64,000 bases of DNA from Mobula hypostoma (GCF_963921235.1 NC_086108.1:46626001-46690000); one strand, 5' to 3'; shown: positions 51,201 through 63,475, counted from the stretch's first letter. Program-made: numbers and translations. The notes: a model not told the origin generated them from the sequence alone.

Positions 51201-52199
51201 CCCAATTCCAGTAAGTGATACTACACTGTACATAATTATTTCTACTTTATATAGGCTGTGTATTTTTACGTGTTATTTGGTATGATTTGGCAGCTTCATA
51301 GCTTAAAGGTTACTGGAGAGAGTGTTTTTGCCAACAGCGCTTGCGTGAGATTTTCTGCTGAGAGCGCTTGCGTGAGATTTTCGCTTCGGCAAACAGTGCC
51401 GGCAATGATTGTGGAAAAGTGTTTCTACTTTATATAGGCTGTGTATTTATCATATTATTCCTGCTTTTACTATACATTACTGTTATTTTAGGTTTTATGT
51501 GTTATTTGGCATGATTTGGTAGGTTATTTTTGGGTCTGCGAACGCTCACAAAATTTTCCCATATAAATAAATGGTAATTGCTTCTTCGCTTTACGACATT
51601 TCGGCTTACGAACCGTTTCATAGGAACGCTCTACCTTCGGATGGCGGGAGAAATCTGTACTTGTTTCTTATCGGCTATTCCATGTGCTTTAAAATACTGC
51701 TCAATCTGTTCCATGTAAAATATCCAGTTATCGTTTGTGTTATCGAACATGTCAACCTTCCCGATGTAGCCAGCCATTTCTGCTCTCTTTTTTGTGATTA
51801 TTATCTCTGCTTATAAACCCATGAACTCTTCTGTTTTCTGCCTTATATTTTAAACTCGACTGTTTCTGTCCCTTTTTTTTTAAACTCAAACATCACACTG
51901 AACTTCAAAAGGTAGGTAGTTGTCTTGGGTTCATTTTTCTAAAATACCTCATGGCCACTTTTATGTTTTGTAACTCCAAAGCAGGAAAAACTAATTGCAA
52001 GAAAAATATGGGAGCCCAAGAGATGCAAGCCTTAGTTTGTTCTTTAACTTTAAGCAGGTTGTACATGCATCATGATGTAAGCGATTCATTTATTTCTAAA
52101 TATAACCTGTAATGAATTATTTAAACAAACAAGAATGCTTAATCAAACAATATATTTACAATATTACTCAAATACTACTGAAATATTAAATACACAACA
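48247..52199 (-). mobile_element. Internally deleted Ty3/Gypsy element (Mag-like), interrupted by a Tigger-like element
   Basis: LTR copies at 48247-~48415 (truncated) and 51959-52199. TGG-type PBS (tggccatgagg) at 51957-51947. Gag remnant 49818-50009, protease MDLDAGLAVSVI, RT N-terminus VRMCGDFK..QYPL..FSKVDL. RNase H and integrase are absent. Confidence 0.82.
50024..51657 (+). mobile_element. Tigger/pogo-like DNA transposon, internally deleted
   Basis: TA TSDs at 50022-50023 and 51658-51659, imperfect CAG.. TIRs. A CENP-B-type HTH start KPKRAHKGVTLSVKLDIIKHFDCGE (~50293-50368) is joined directly to the acidic C-terminus DEDDVEEVLASHDQELIDEELMQLE. No DDE domain. Confidence 0.85.
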
Positions 52200-52964
52200 C
52201 CTTCGGATGAGAATGAATATACCACAGTACTCAGCAAATTCATCATGACCTGTGTGGATGAGTGTGTGCCTTCAAGAACATACCAAACATACCCAAACCA
52301 GAAGCCATGAATAAACCAGGAGGTTCATAGTCTGCTGAAGGCTAGATCTGTGGAGTTCAAGAAAGATGATCCAGAACACTACAAGAAGTCCAGGGATTAC
52401 TTACAGAAGGCCATCATGAGAGTGAAAACACAATTCCATGTGAAATTAGAGACACAATCAGATCCATGACAGGTGTAGCAGGATTTGCATGTCATCACTT
52501 CCTAGAAGATGAAACCTAACATCATGAATGGCTGTGATGCTTCACTCCAAGATGAGTTCAATGCCTCTTATGTATGCTTTGAAAAGGGAGAATAAAACCA
52601 CACCGGTGTGAATCCACACAGTATCTGGCAAATCTGTGATCTTTGTCTTGAAGGCTGACACCACAGCACCCTTTAAGAGGTGAAGCCTCACGAAGTGCCA
52701 GGCCCCACCGTGTTCCTATCAGGGTACTGAAAAGCTGTGCTGAAAAACTAGCTGGAGTGCTCGAGGGCATCTGCAGTCAGAGGTTCCTGCTGCTTTAAAA
52801 GGGCATCAATCACCCATAAAGATCAGGGTGAGCTGCCTCAAAGACTTACATCTCCTGTGATGAAGAGCTTTGAGAGGTTGGTCATGGCTAGAATTAACTC
52901 CTGCCTGAGCAAGGACCTGGACCCATTGCAATATCCCTATGGCCACAACAGATCTACTGCAGAC

Positions 52965-53805
52965 TGTTTCAGGGATTAACCCTCAACAATAATGATCAGT
53001 TAGGCATAGAGAGAATCCATATTTACTTACATAACAAATACCTTTATTGGTTCCGTTAACAAAATGAACATGAAATATACAAAACAAAATAGCATACCTG
53101 TGTGCACATGCAATACATTTCTCTGACCCTCCCTGAATAGCCAAAGAATAGAAAACGTTAACACTTGAGTAAAGGAGTCTACACTAGCCAAGAATTCTTC
53201 ATGATCCTGACATAATCCCCACATTTCCAACATGGGATCATCGACTTCTGTGATGGTTGGTCCCCAGACTTGTCACCAATTGTACTCCCAAAATTCTATA
53301 TTCTCATCCTTTTCCTTATCAGATCAATCCATCATGTTTGTATTTTGTTGGCTTGGGCTCCCCTGGCTGACCTTTCTCATTGGATCAGGTCCATAGCAGT
53401 GTATTTGTGCTTCAGGTAAGTTCCTCTGTTCTTTCTAAATCAGACCATTTCAAACTATTTTATCCAGGCCAGCCAAACATTAGGCTCACGCAACTTCAGA
53501 TCACAAGTTGTTCTTTCTACAAGCCTGCCATTTTTACTTAACTGAACAGCTTCTTATTTGGAAATGGTCTCAGGTTTAGCATTTCAAAAGCAGAACTCTC
53601 ATTGTGTCCACTTTCATTCAGTGATTTAGTCATTCTTGAGCAAGAATCTGTTCACAAAATGGTGGCTTCAAGAAGCCTCACAAATTGACAGTCTCCACTC
53701 CTTCAACCACGTGGCAGGAACAAAGCTATTTGCTTTGTCTGCTTCCAATGTCCTTGATTCATTCCTGTTTGCTAATTCACAAATTTTAATTCCTTTCGGT
53801 CAACA
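52965..53805 (-). mobile_element. Probable solo LTR (841 bp)
   Basis: TGTT...AACA termini interrupt the Rex1 sequence ctactgcag/atgcaatctcactggc. Flanks AGAC/GGAT are consistent with a decayed 4-bp TSD AGAT. AATAAA on minus at ~53043-53048. Confidence 0.65.
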
Positions 53806-54436
53806 GGATACAATCTCACTGGCTCTCCACTTGGCCCTGGACCACCTGGACAACAGCAATACCTATGTCAGGCTGCTGTTATTAATTATATTTTGGTATT
53901 CAATACTATCATTCTATCAGTACAAATCAACAAGTTTCAAAACCTCTGTACCTTCCTCTGCAATAGGATTCTTAACGCCCTTATCAGGATAACAAGTCAG
54001 TGCAGATCGGTAATATCATCTCCTCCTCTTTAACATTCAACATAGGCTCAGCTCAAGGATGCAGGCTTAGCCTGCTGCTCTACTCTCTCTGCGTCATGAC
54101 CATGGGGCTAGGCACAAACAGCATTTATTAATTTGCCAAATGGACCCGCTGTCACTGGGCCCAACACATTGACAGAAGCACAAAGAAGGTATGACAATGG
54201 CTAAAGTTAATTGGAAGCTTGAGGAGATTTGGTACATCATCAAAGACTTTAGCAAATTTCTACAGATGTACCACAGAGAGCATTCTTACTGGGTGCATCA
54301 CTGCCTGGTACAGAGGCTCCAGTGCAGAGGATCAAAAGAAGGAGAATAGGGATGTGGACTCAGTTAGTTCCATCACAGGTGCAAGATTCCCATCAATGAG
54401 AACATCTTTAAAAGGTGGTGGCTCAAGAAGACAACA

Positions 54437-55253
54437 GAAGTACAGGGCTACGGTAGGAAACTTTGTCACATGGTGTGAGCAGAATTATCTGCAGCTTAAT
54501 GTGAAAAAGACTAAGGAGCTGGTGGTAGACCTGAGGAGAGCTAAGGTACCGGTGACCCCTGTTTCCATCCAGGGGGTCAGTGTGGACATGGTGGAGGATT
54601 ACAAATACCTGGGGATACGAATTGACAATAAACTGGACTGGTCAAAGAACACTGAAGCTGTCTACAAGAAGGGTCAGAGCCGTCTCTATTTCCTGAGGAG
54701 ACTGAGGTCCTTTAACATCTGCCAGACGACGCTGAGGATGTTCTACGAGTCTGTGGTGGCCAGTGCTATCATGTTTGCTGTTGTGTGCTGGGGCAGCAGG
54801 CTGAGGGTAGCAGACACCAACAGAATCAACAAACTCATTCGTAAGGCCAGTGATGTTGTGGGGATGGAACTGGACTCTCTCACGGTGGTGTCTGAAAAGA
54901 GGATGCTGTCTAAGTTGCATGCCATCTTGGTCAATGTTTCCCATCCACTACATAATGTACTGGGTGGGCACAGGAGTACATTCAGCCAGAGACTCATTCC
55001 ACCGAGATGCAGCACAGAGCGTCATAGGAAGTCACTCCTGCCTGTGGCCATCAAACTTCACAACTCCTCCCTTGGAGGGTCAGACACCCTGAGCCGATAG
55101 GCTGGTCCTGGACTTATTTCATAATTTACTGGCATAATTTACATATTACTATTTAACTATTTATGGTTCTATTACTATTTATTATTTATGGTGCAACTGT
55201 AATGAAGACCAATTTCCCCCGGGATCAATAAAGTATGACTATGACTATGACTA
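54437..55253 (+). mobile_element. Young 5'-truncated Rex1/Babar LINE
   Basis: Open frame to 55100 (LQLNVKKTKELVVD, YKYLGI, RLYFLRRLRSF, FYESVVAS, SHPLH); tail aataaagt(ATGACT)3. Confidence 0.9.
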
Positions 55254-55410
55254 TCCATCATTAAAGATCCTCACCATCTGGGACATATCCGCTTATCATT
55301 ACTACGACCAGGCAGGCTGTGCAGGAGTCTGAAGTCCCACTATCAACATTTAGGAATAGTTTCTTTTCCGCTTCCAATATACTTCTGAACAGTCAATGAC
55401 TACCTAGCTA

Positions 55411-55535
55411 ACACGAGGAATTCTGCAGATGCTGGAAATTCAAGCAACACACATCAAAGTTGCTGGTGAATGCAGCAGGCCAGGCAGCATCTCTAGGAAG
55501 AGGTACAGTCGACGTTTCGGGCCGAGACCCTTCGT
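55411..55535 (-). mobile_element. Penelope terminal-repeat insertion truncated inside the hammerhead core
   Basis: Reverse complement of 14411-14535. 11-bp TSD CTACCTAGCTA at 55400-55410 and 55536-55546. Confidence 0.85.
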
Positions 55536-55768
55536 CTACCTAGCTATTTGTTTTTTGTATTATTTATTTAATTATTTTAATGTAACTTATATTGATCATC
55601 TACAACAGATCAAGTTAAAAAATATCTGAGTCATTTCAATAGATCCACCCTCCATAAGTATTGAAGACCTATAGTAATATAGCAAATTAAACAATGTTTT
55701 TACCATTCATCTATCCCAGTTTACTAGCCCTATATTCTTACCGATCATCTCCCCATTTTGGTTTGCAG

Positions 55769-55824
55769 GTTGCCCTTGATGCGATAACATGGAAATGGGG
55801 AATCAAGGTGGAACATGCTGAAAT
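55769..55824 (+). CDS. nphs2: Podocin exon 6 (56 nt)
   Basis: ttgcag|GTT...AAAT|gtaagt. Translation VALDAITWKWGIKVEHAE(I). Confidence 0.96.
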
Positions 55825-56698
55825 GTAAGTTTAAAGCAAGAAATTCTCCATGTTTCAAAACCTATCATAAAGCTGTACTAGCAATCATAAGTTAACCCCT
55901 TCATTCATTAGGAACGATCTTGGAAGGTCCAAGTTTATTCCCAGGTTTTGAACATGTTATAAAAATGGAGTCAGAGACACTGCTCTTCAAGGTGTTGTTG
56001 AAGCATCATCTGATTGACAATAATGTTCTGCTGCACTTCCCCACAGAGAAATTTGAAACTTTCCCAGCCAATATTTAACATCAGGGCTTCAGTTGTGTCT
56101 GCACACCTGTTTTCCTGCAGATTAATGAGTGAATTTGATTTATGACAACTGCAGGTGGCTGTTCCTATTTCATAAAAGCAAAGACTGGACATGAAATGGA
56201 ATTACACTCAGTGGCTACTTTATTAGGTCCACCTGCATGCCTGCTTGTTTATGCAAATACCTAATCAGCCAATCATTAGCAGCAACACGATATGCATAAA
56301 AGCATGCAGATATTGTCAAGAGGTTCAGCAACATAAGATGCTGGAAATCCAGAGCAAAACACCCAAAATGCTGGTGGAACTCAGCAGGTCATGCAGCATC
56401 TATGGAAATGAATAATCAGTCATCATTATTCAGGGGGAAGGAGCCAGAATAAGAAGGTAAACAGTACAAGCTGGAAGGTGATAAGTTAAACCAGGAGGGT
56501 GGAGAGGGCCCGACATTAGTGAGAAGGGAGAACTGCTTTGTTGAGCACCTTTGCTCCATTGGCAAAAGTGTCCAACCATTTTAATTCCAAATCCCATCCC
56601 CATTCTGACATGACAGTCCCTGGCCTCCTCTACTGTCATGATGAAGCCACTCTCAGGTTGGAAGAGCAACACCTCATATACCATCTGGGTAGACTCCA

Positions 56699-59278
56699 GA
56701 CTTACAAGTTCCTGGGTGTCAACATATTTGAGGATGTGTCCTGGGCAAAAATTTACAATTGAAGTAAGGAATAGATTTCAAAGTCTAGAAATAGAATCTG
56801 TTGAAGATGATAGCAATCATGTAGAAATGAACTTTAACTCTCTAAAGGATGCTTTGGTAGAATCAGCAAAGTCAGTGATTCCTAAAAAAGAAAAAAGCAC
56901 AAAGAATAAATGGATGACAGATGAAATCAAAAATCTAATGGAAGAAAGGAGATGGAAGAAAAGCAAATCCAATAGAATATAAATCCTTAGATTAAAAAGT
57001 TAAAAGCTTATGTCAAAAAGCCAAAGAAGAATGACTAAACCAAGAATGTGAGCAATTAGAAAGAATCCCTATTACTGATCCAAAAAGGTTACACCAACAA
57101 ATCAAGAATATCACTCGGAAAAAGCTCCGCTGTTCTTCAGGTGGATGTTTGAATGCAAAGGGCGGTACCATTACCAAGGAAAAAGATGAGATTATGAACA
57201 GTTGGACTGAGTATATTCAGGAATTGTTTGAAGACGATCGAGGTGAAAAACCAGAAATTAAGAAGAACATTGAAGGTCCAAGTATTTTAAAATCTGAAGT
57301 TCATAATGCAATAAATAAGATGAAGAAAGGAAAGGCAGCAGGTCCTGATGAATTAGTAATAGAACAGATTATCGCCCTTGAAGAATTGAAAAACTTACTG
57401 ATTTAATCAATGACATTTATGAGACTGGAATAATACCAGAAGAGATGAAAAAAATCAGTAATTACCACTCTTCCTAAGAAACCTGGAGCAATAGAATGTG
57501 AATTACATAGGGTCATATGTTTAATGAGTCATATCACTAAGATACTTCTAAGAATTTTGATGACAAGAGCTGAAAGTAAGATACAGGCTGAAATAGGTAA
57601 AGAACAATGTAGTTTTGTGAAAGACAAAGGTACAAGAAACATGATATTGATGTTAAGGATACTATCAGAACGAGCTATTCAAGTGCAAAAAGATTTGTTT
57701 GTTTGTTTGTTTTATTAACTACACAAAAGCATTTGATAAAGTGAAACACAATAAGTTATTCAAAATATTAATGGAACTCTAGATTTAGATTCAAAATCAG
57801 AAATCTGTACTGGGAACAAACTGCCACTGTAAGAATAGATGGAGAAGTGAGTCAGTTCATGAGAATCAAGAGAGGCATCAGACAAGGGTACGTTTCCTCG
57901 CCTGATTTGTTTAATGTGTACAGTGAAACAATACTACAAAAAATAAGAGACATCTTGAGTATCAATGTTTGCGGTGAAAGCATCAATAATTTTAGATATG
58001 CTGATGACACTGTGTCAACTGCAAGTATGGAGGAAGAACTACAAAACTTAATTGATATAGTTGTTGAAGAAAGTGCAAAAATGAGTCGGTCTATCTATCA
58101 ATTGCAAAAAGACAGAATGTATGGTGATATCCAGAAAGAAGGAAAATCCTATATGCAGGCTGAGAATAAACGGGGAAGACATAAAACAAGTACAGAACTT
58201 TTGCTACTTAGGAAGCTGGGTGACATCAGATGGCAGGTGCGACATGGACATGAAAAGAAGAATAGGGATGGCAAAAGACACCTTTATGAGAATGAAGAGT
58301 ATACTGACCAACACTAAACTAGGCATGACAACTCGCCTCAGAGTATTGAAATGTTACATTTATCCAGTATGTTACATGGATCAGAATGTTGGACAATATC
58401 TAGTAACATGAGGAAACGAATTGAAACAGCAGAGATGTGGTTTTTGAGGAGGATGCAAAGAATATCATGGATGAAACAAATATCTAATGAGGATGTCATA
58501 ACAGAGCAAGCACAAAATGAGAAATAATGTATGAGATCATGAAAAGGCAATGTAAATTCACTGGACATGTGATTAGGAAAGAGGAGTTAGAATGCACGGT
58601 AATTATGGGAAAGACTGAAGGGAAGAAAGTAAGAGGAAGACAGACAAATGGTGATGGAGACAGCAGCCAGAGACTGGAAATAAATACCAATGAATTGATC
58701 CACTTGACCCAAAACAGGAGTGTGTGGGCCATGGCAGTCAAAGCTCAAACTGGGCATGGCACCTGATGATCCTGGGCCTAACGTACTAATGCAGTGATAA
58801 AGAAGGCACATCGATGTCTATGTTTCATTAGAAGTTTGAGGGAACTAGTATGTCAACAAGAACACTTGCAAATTTTTTCAGATATACTGTGGAGAGCATT
58901 CTAACTGATTGCATCACCATCTGGTATGGAGGGGCCACTGCACAGGATCAGAAGAAACTGCAGAGAGTTGTAAACTCAGCCAGATCTGTCTTGGGTAAAA
59001 GCCTTTCCAACACCCTGGACTGGAGCCTGAAGATACACACTCAATGTTTCAGGAACAGCTTCTTCCCCTCCGCCATCAGGTTTCAAATGGACAATGAACC
59101 CATGAACACCACCGCACTATTTTCCCTCTCTTTTTGCACTGCTTAATTTAACTTTCTTTTTTTGTATAAACTTATTGTAATTTATAGGTTTTGTTATTAT
59201 GTATTGTAATGTACTGCTGTTGCAAAACAACAATTTTCACAACATACGCCAGCGATTTTAAACCCGATTCTGACTCTG
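56699..59278 (+). mobile_element. Rex1/Babar-like 3' fragment interrupted by RTE
   Basis: YKFLGVNI..DVSW before the RTE and LANFFRYTVESILTDCITIWYG after it; tail gattctgactctga. Confidence 0.75.
56747..58769 (+). mobile_element. RTE-clade LINE, 5'-truncated and frameshifted
   Basis: Motifs GKAAGPD, SHITKILLRIL, GIRQGYVSSPDLFN, NNFRYADD and FCYLGS; (TGA)n tail. 8-bp TSD TCCTGGGC at 56739-56746 and 58770-58777. Confidence 0.88.
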
Positions 59279-60639
59279 AACCTGATGGCATGATCATCAA
59301 TTTCTCCAACTTCCAATAATTCTTCCCCCTCCCCCTTCCCTCCTCTTCAATTTCCTATTCTGCCCCTCCTTTACATCTGCCCTTCTCCTCACATACCTAT
59401 CACCCTTCTTTGGTGCTCCTCCTCCTTCCCTTTCTCCCATGGTCCATTCTCCTCTCCTATCAGATTCCTTCTTCTGCAGCCCTTTACCTTCTCCACCTAT
59501 CACCTCCAGGCTTCTTACTTCATCCCCCTTCCCCCTCCCACCTGGCTTCCCACCATTTGTATGTGTTGTGCAAGAGGTTTAGTTGTTGTTCAGACTGAAC
59601 ATCAGAATGGAGATGAAATATAATCCAAGTGACTTTGACCGTGTTGGTTGCAGACAGAGTGGTTTCATTATCTCAGAAACGGTTGATGTCCTGGGGTTTT
59701 CAGACACAATACTTCCTTGAGTTTACACAGATGGTGTAAAAAGCATGCAGTGAATGTCAATTCTGTGGTGAAAAACACTTTGTTAATGAGTGAGGTCAGA
59801 GAAGAATGGTCAAACTGATTCAAGCTGACACAAATAACCGTGTGTTATAACAGTGGTGTGCAGAAAAGTATCTCTGAATGCACAACACATCGAACCTTGA
59901 AGTGAATGAACTACAGCAATAGAAGACTACGAGCATGCACATAGTGGCCACTTTATTAGGTACAGGAGGAACCTCATAAAGTGGCCATTGAGAGTATGCC
60001 ATCCATCGTGAAAAACTCACTAGTAGTTAAAACTGGATGCTGGTTTTGTGTTTTGGAAAGATGGGTGACTGATCGGAGAGAACCATGTCTTCATTGTGCC
60101 GCAACTGCTGCAGCCCAATTGTTTTGAAGATTACTCTGCAATGTGGAGTCTGGCTGGCACCTTAGCGTCTGCCACAATTTGACAGTGTGACTTTGAGACT
60201 GTTGACTGCTTTTTCATCCTGCCTACTTTTACTTCAGTCATTCATTGGGTGAGATTAACTAAGTTGGTGGTGAGTGAGAACTGTGAGCTTCCACGGGCAC
60301 TGGTACAGCTACCCATTTGCCAAGATATTCAAAGACAGTGTCACCACAAACCTTCTACCTCAGGGTCACTTCAGGCAGTGTTGTCCAATTAGGCCACATT
60401 ACATAGAGTATGTTGCATACTGTACTGTTGCTCTCTTTTCGGGGCAAGGGATTGTGGAAAGGGGAGCAGGGTTACCTGGGGCCAATTAATTGAATGTGGA
60501 GCGACATTTTGTGTGTAGCTCCTGAAGGAATCATCAAGTATTCCCATTTGGAAATATTACAGCTGAAATCTACAGGAACAGAGACTGCAGTAAGGAGAAT
60601 TGTTTCAACCTGTTTAAAAGCACTAGCAATCTTCCGACC

Positions 60640-63335
60640 TGTCAGGCTGTGGCCTCCAGACATCACAGGGAGAAAATGCAGTAGCTGGAAGCTCAGGAGA
60701 GGCATTTATTGTCTCAGTGTGACTGTCCAGAAGGACTCTAGGTAAAATTGAAGTGCAGGGCCCTAAGGCCCTCCCTACCATTCTACTGGTTAATATATAG
60801 TCTCTGGAAAATAAAGCTGAAGACCTCAGAGCAAGACTGCAGTACCAGAGGGACATCAGAGATTGTTGTATACTCTGCTTCACAGAAACATGCCTCACCC
60901 GAGCGCTCCAGACACATCACTTCAGTCTGACGGCTTCACCAACTACCACATGGAATGATGGTGACATCAGAAAAAGGTAAAGGTGGTGGCACTTGCTTCA
61001 GGATTATCACTTTGTGTTGCACAGATATAGCAGCTCTGTCTCAATCCAGCTCCCTGTCCTAGAACATTTGGCAAACAAGTGTTGTCCATTCTATCTGCTG
61101 AGGGAGTTCTCCACCATCAGCAAGGTAGCAGTGTACGTTCCACATTCGACCCCTGGCAAATGTCAAGTTGACACTGCAGGAGCTGAGCACAGTGATCAAC
61201 AGTCATGCGACAACGGACCCTGATGCATTTCTGATCTTCATGGGGATCTTCAACCAGGCCAGCATGAAGAAACCTTTAATCAACTACCAGCAGCAGGTCA
61301 CCTGCGAAATCAGAGGGGCCAACACACTGCCTCACAAGAATACTTTATGTGTCATCCACACCCACACTTTGAAAAAGCCGATCACCTGGCTATACTTCAA
61401 TTGCCAGCTACAAGCAGCTCCAGTGGTGTGGACCAGGAGGGTATATCAAGGGAGGCAGATAAGCACTTAGAAGACTGATTTTAATCAGTGGACTGGACCG
61501 TATTCAGGATTTATCTTCAGATCTGAATGAATATGCCACAACTTCGTTAAGACCCAAGTGGACAACTGTGTGCCTTCAAGAACATACTGAGTCTTCCCAA
61601 AGCAGAAACTTTGAGGACTAAATCTGTAGCAGTCAAGACCAGCGATCCTGAGCCCTTCAAGTAGACCAAGTACAACCTGTGGAAGGCTACTGTGAGTGAA
61701 AAACTAACTCCAAGTGCAGTTGGAGACAGAAATTAATACACAAAAGCTGTAGCAGGGTTTGGATGCCATTACTTCATATGAGGTAGAATCTAACAGCAAA
61801 AATGACAATGTTACTTCATTCTTCAATGACTTTTATGCACACTTTGAAAGGGGAATAACACTAAATCTGTGTGAATCCCTATAGCATCAGGCTATCCAGC
61901 CATCTCTGTCCCGGAGGCCAACATCAGAACATCCTTCCAGGGGATAAACCTTCGTAAAGCACTAGGCCCTAAAAGTGTACGTGGCAAGTATTGAAAATCT
62001 GTGCCAACCAATGGATGGAGTGCTCAAGACATCTTCAGCCTGTGGTCCATGGTTCCCCCTGATCTACTTCAAAAGGGCTTCATACCAGTTCCCAAGAAGA
62101 ACAGGATGAGTTGCCTCAAAGACTATTACCCAGTAGGACTCACATCTGCCTTAATGGAGTGTTTCAAGAAGTCAGTTATGGCTAGAATTAACTCCCGCCT
62201 AAGCAAGGACCTGGACCCGCTGCAATTCATCTTCTGCTGAGTCACAGTTTTTAATTCTTTTTGGTCAACAAGATGCAATCTCATCTGGCCTTAGACCACC
62301 TGAACAACTGCAATACCTATGCCAGGCTGCTGTTTATCATTTATATCTTGGTGTACAATACCATCATTCCCTCAGTATTAGTAACCAAGCTTCAGAACCT
62401 GGGCCTCTGTACCTCTTTCTAAAACTCCCTTATTGAAAGGTTGATAAGTAACATCTCCACCTCTCTGCTTGGTCCACTGCTGTCTCCTCTCTACTCACAT
62501 GACTGTGTGGTAAGCACAGATCAGACACCACCTATAAATTATTTGATGACACCCACTGTTATTGGTAGAATCTCAGATGGTGATGAGGAGGCTTACAGGA
62601 ATGAGATAAACCACTGGTTGAGTTGTGTCACAACAAGAAGCTCACATTCAACATCAGCAAGACCAAGGAACTTACTGTGGACTTCAGGAAGGGGAAGGCA
62701 GGAGAACACACATCAGTACTCACTGAGTGGTCAGTAGTGGAAAGGGTGAGCAGCTTGAAGTTCCTGGGCATCAAACATCTCAGAGGAACTATCCTGAGTA
62801 CAACGCATCAATGCAATCAAGAAGATGGCACACCAGCAGTACTACTTCATTAGGAGTTTGGGAAGATTTAATATGTCACAGTTTTCTATAGATAGATGGC
62901 AGAAATCATTCTGATTGGTTACATCACCACCCGGTATTGAGGCTCCAATGTACAGGGTTGCAAGAGGCTGAGAGCCTTTCAGACTCAGCCAGCCCTGTCA
63001 CAGGTATAACCCTACCCACCAATAAGGACATCTTCAAGGGACAATGCCTCAAGAAGGTGGCATCCATCATTAAGAACCCTCACCATCCAGGACATGCCCT
63101 CTTCTCATTACCACCACTGAACAGACTCACACTCAATGTTTTAGAAACAGCTTCTTCCCCTTCACTGTCAGATTTCTGAACAGTCCATGAACCGATGATC
63201 ACTACCTCATTATTCCCTTTTTTCCCCATTATTTATTTATTTTTGTAATTTACAGATTTTTATGCCTTTGCACTGCACAGCTGCCAGTAAAAATATTTAC
63301 CTTGTAAGTCTGTGATAATAAAACTGATTCTGAAA
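60640..63335 (+). mobile_element. Old near-full-length Rex1/Babar-like LINE, heavily decayed
   Basis: APE remnants at ~60780-61400 and RT remnants PVPKK..CLKDY.PVGLTS..MECF, DPLQF, LLSPLYSHDC and FNISKTKELTVDFRK; tail ataataaaactgattctga. Confidence 0.78.
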
Positions 63336-63475
63336 TTAATAGTTGATAGCCAAGCATTGAATGGTACCATGTGAAGGACATCATTGAGATAACAGGAGTC
63401 TGTATTGAAATGAAACTGCAGACTTGCATACAGTAAAGATAAAATTCTTGCTTTGCTTGTTTACCTCTATTACAG

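Larger units (their letters stand above)
47790..55600 (+). mobile_element. Old Rex1/Babar-like LINE (APE-RT remnants) hosting multiple nested inserts
   Basis: APE remnant IVGGFNQ...TRGANTLDHCY...GKSD at 47891-48163. It resumes at ~52200, ~53806 (ISLALHLALDHLDNSNTYVRLL) and ~55254. Confidence 0.75.
56330..59555 (+). mobile_element. Penelope-like element, split (~56330-56698 and ~59279-59555)
   Basis: The GIY-YIG C-terminus NHFNSKSHPHSDM..RLEEQHLIYHLGRLQ resumes as PDGMIINFSNF at ~59281. An inverted pLTR fragment sits at ~56330-56425. Confidence 0.75.
56205..59994 (+). mobile_element. Non-autonomous Tc1-like element hosting nested Penelope>Rex1>RTE
   Basis: TA|cactcagtggctactttattagg ... cctcataaagtggccattgagag|TA. 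A frameshifted Tc1 N-terminal HTH remnant (SDFDR..ISETVDVLGFS) sits at ~59627-59710. Confidence 0.78.

Noticed and set aside
54219..55100. 293-aa ORF as a novel gene
   Set aside because: It is a chance in-frame fusion of an old Rex1 fragment with a younger Rex1 inserted at ~54437.
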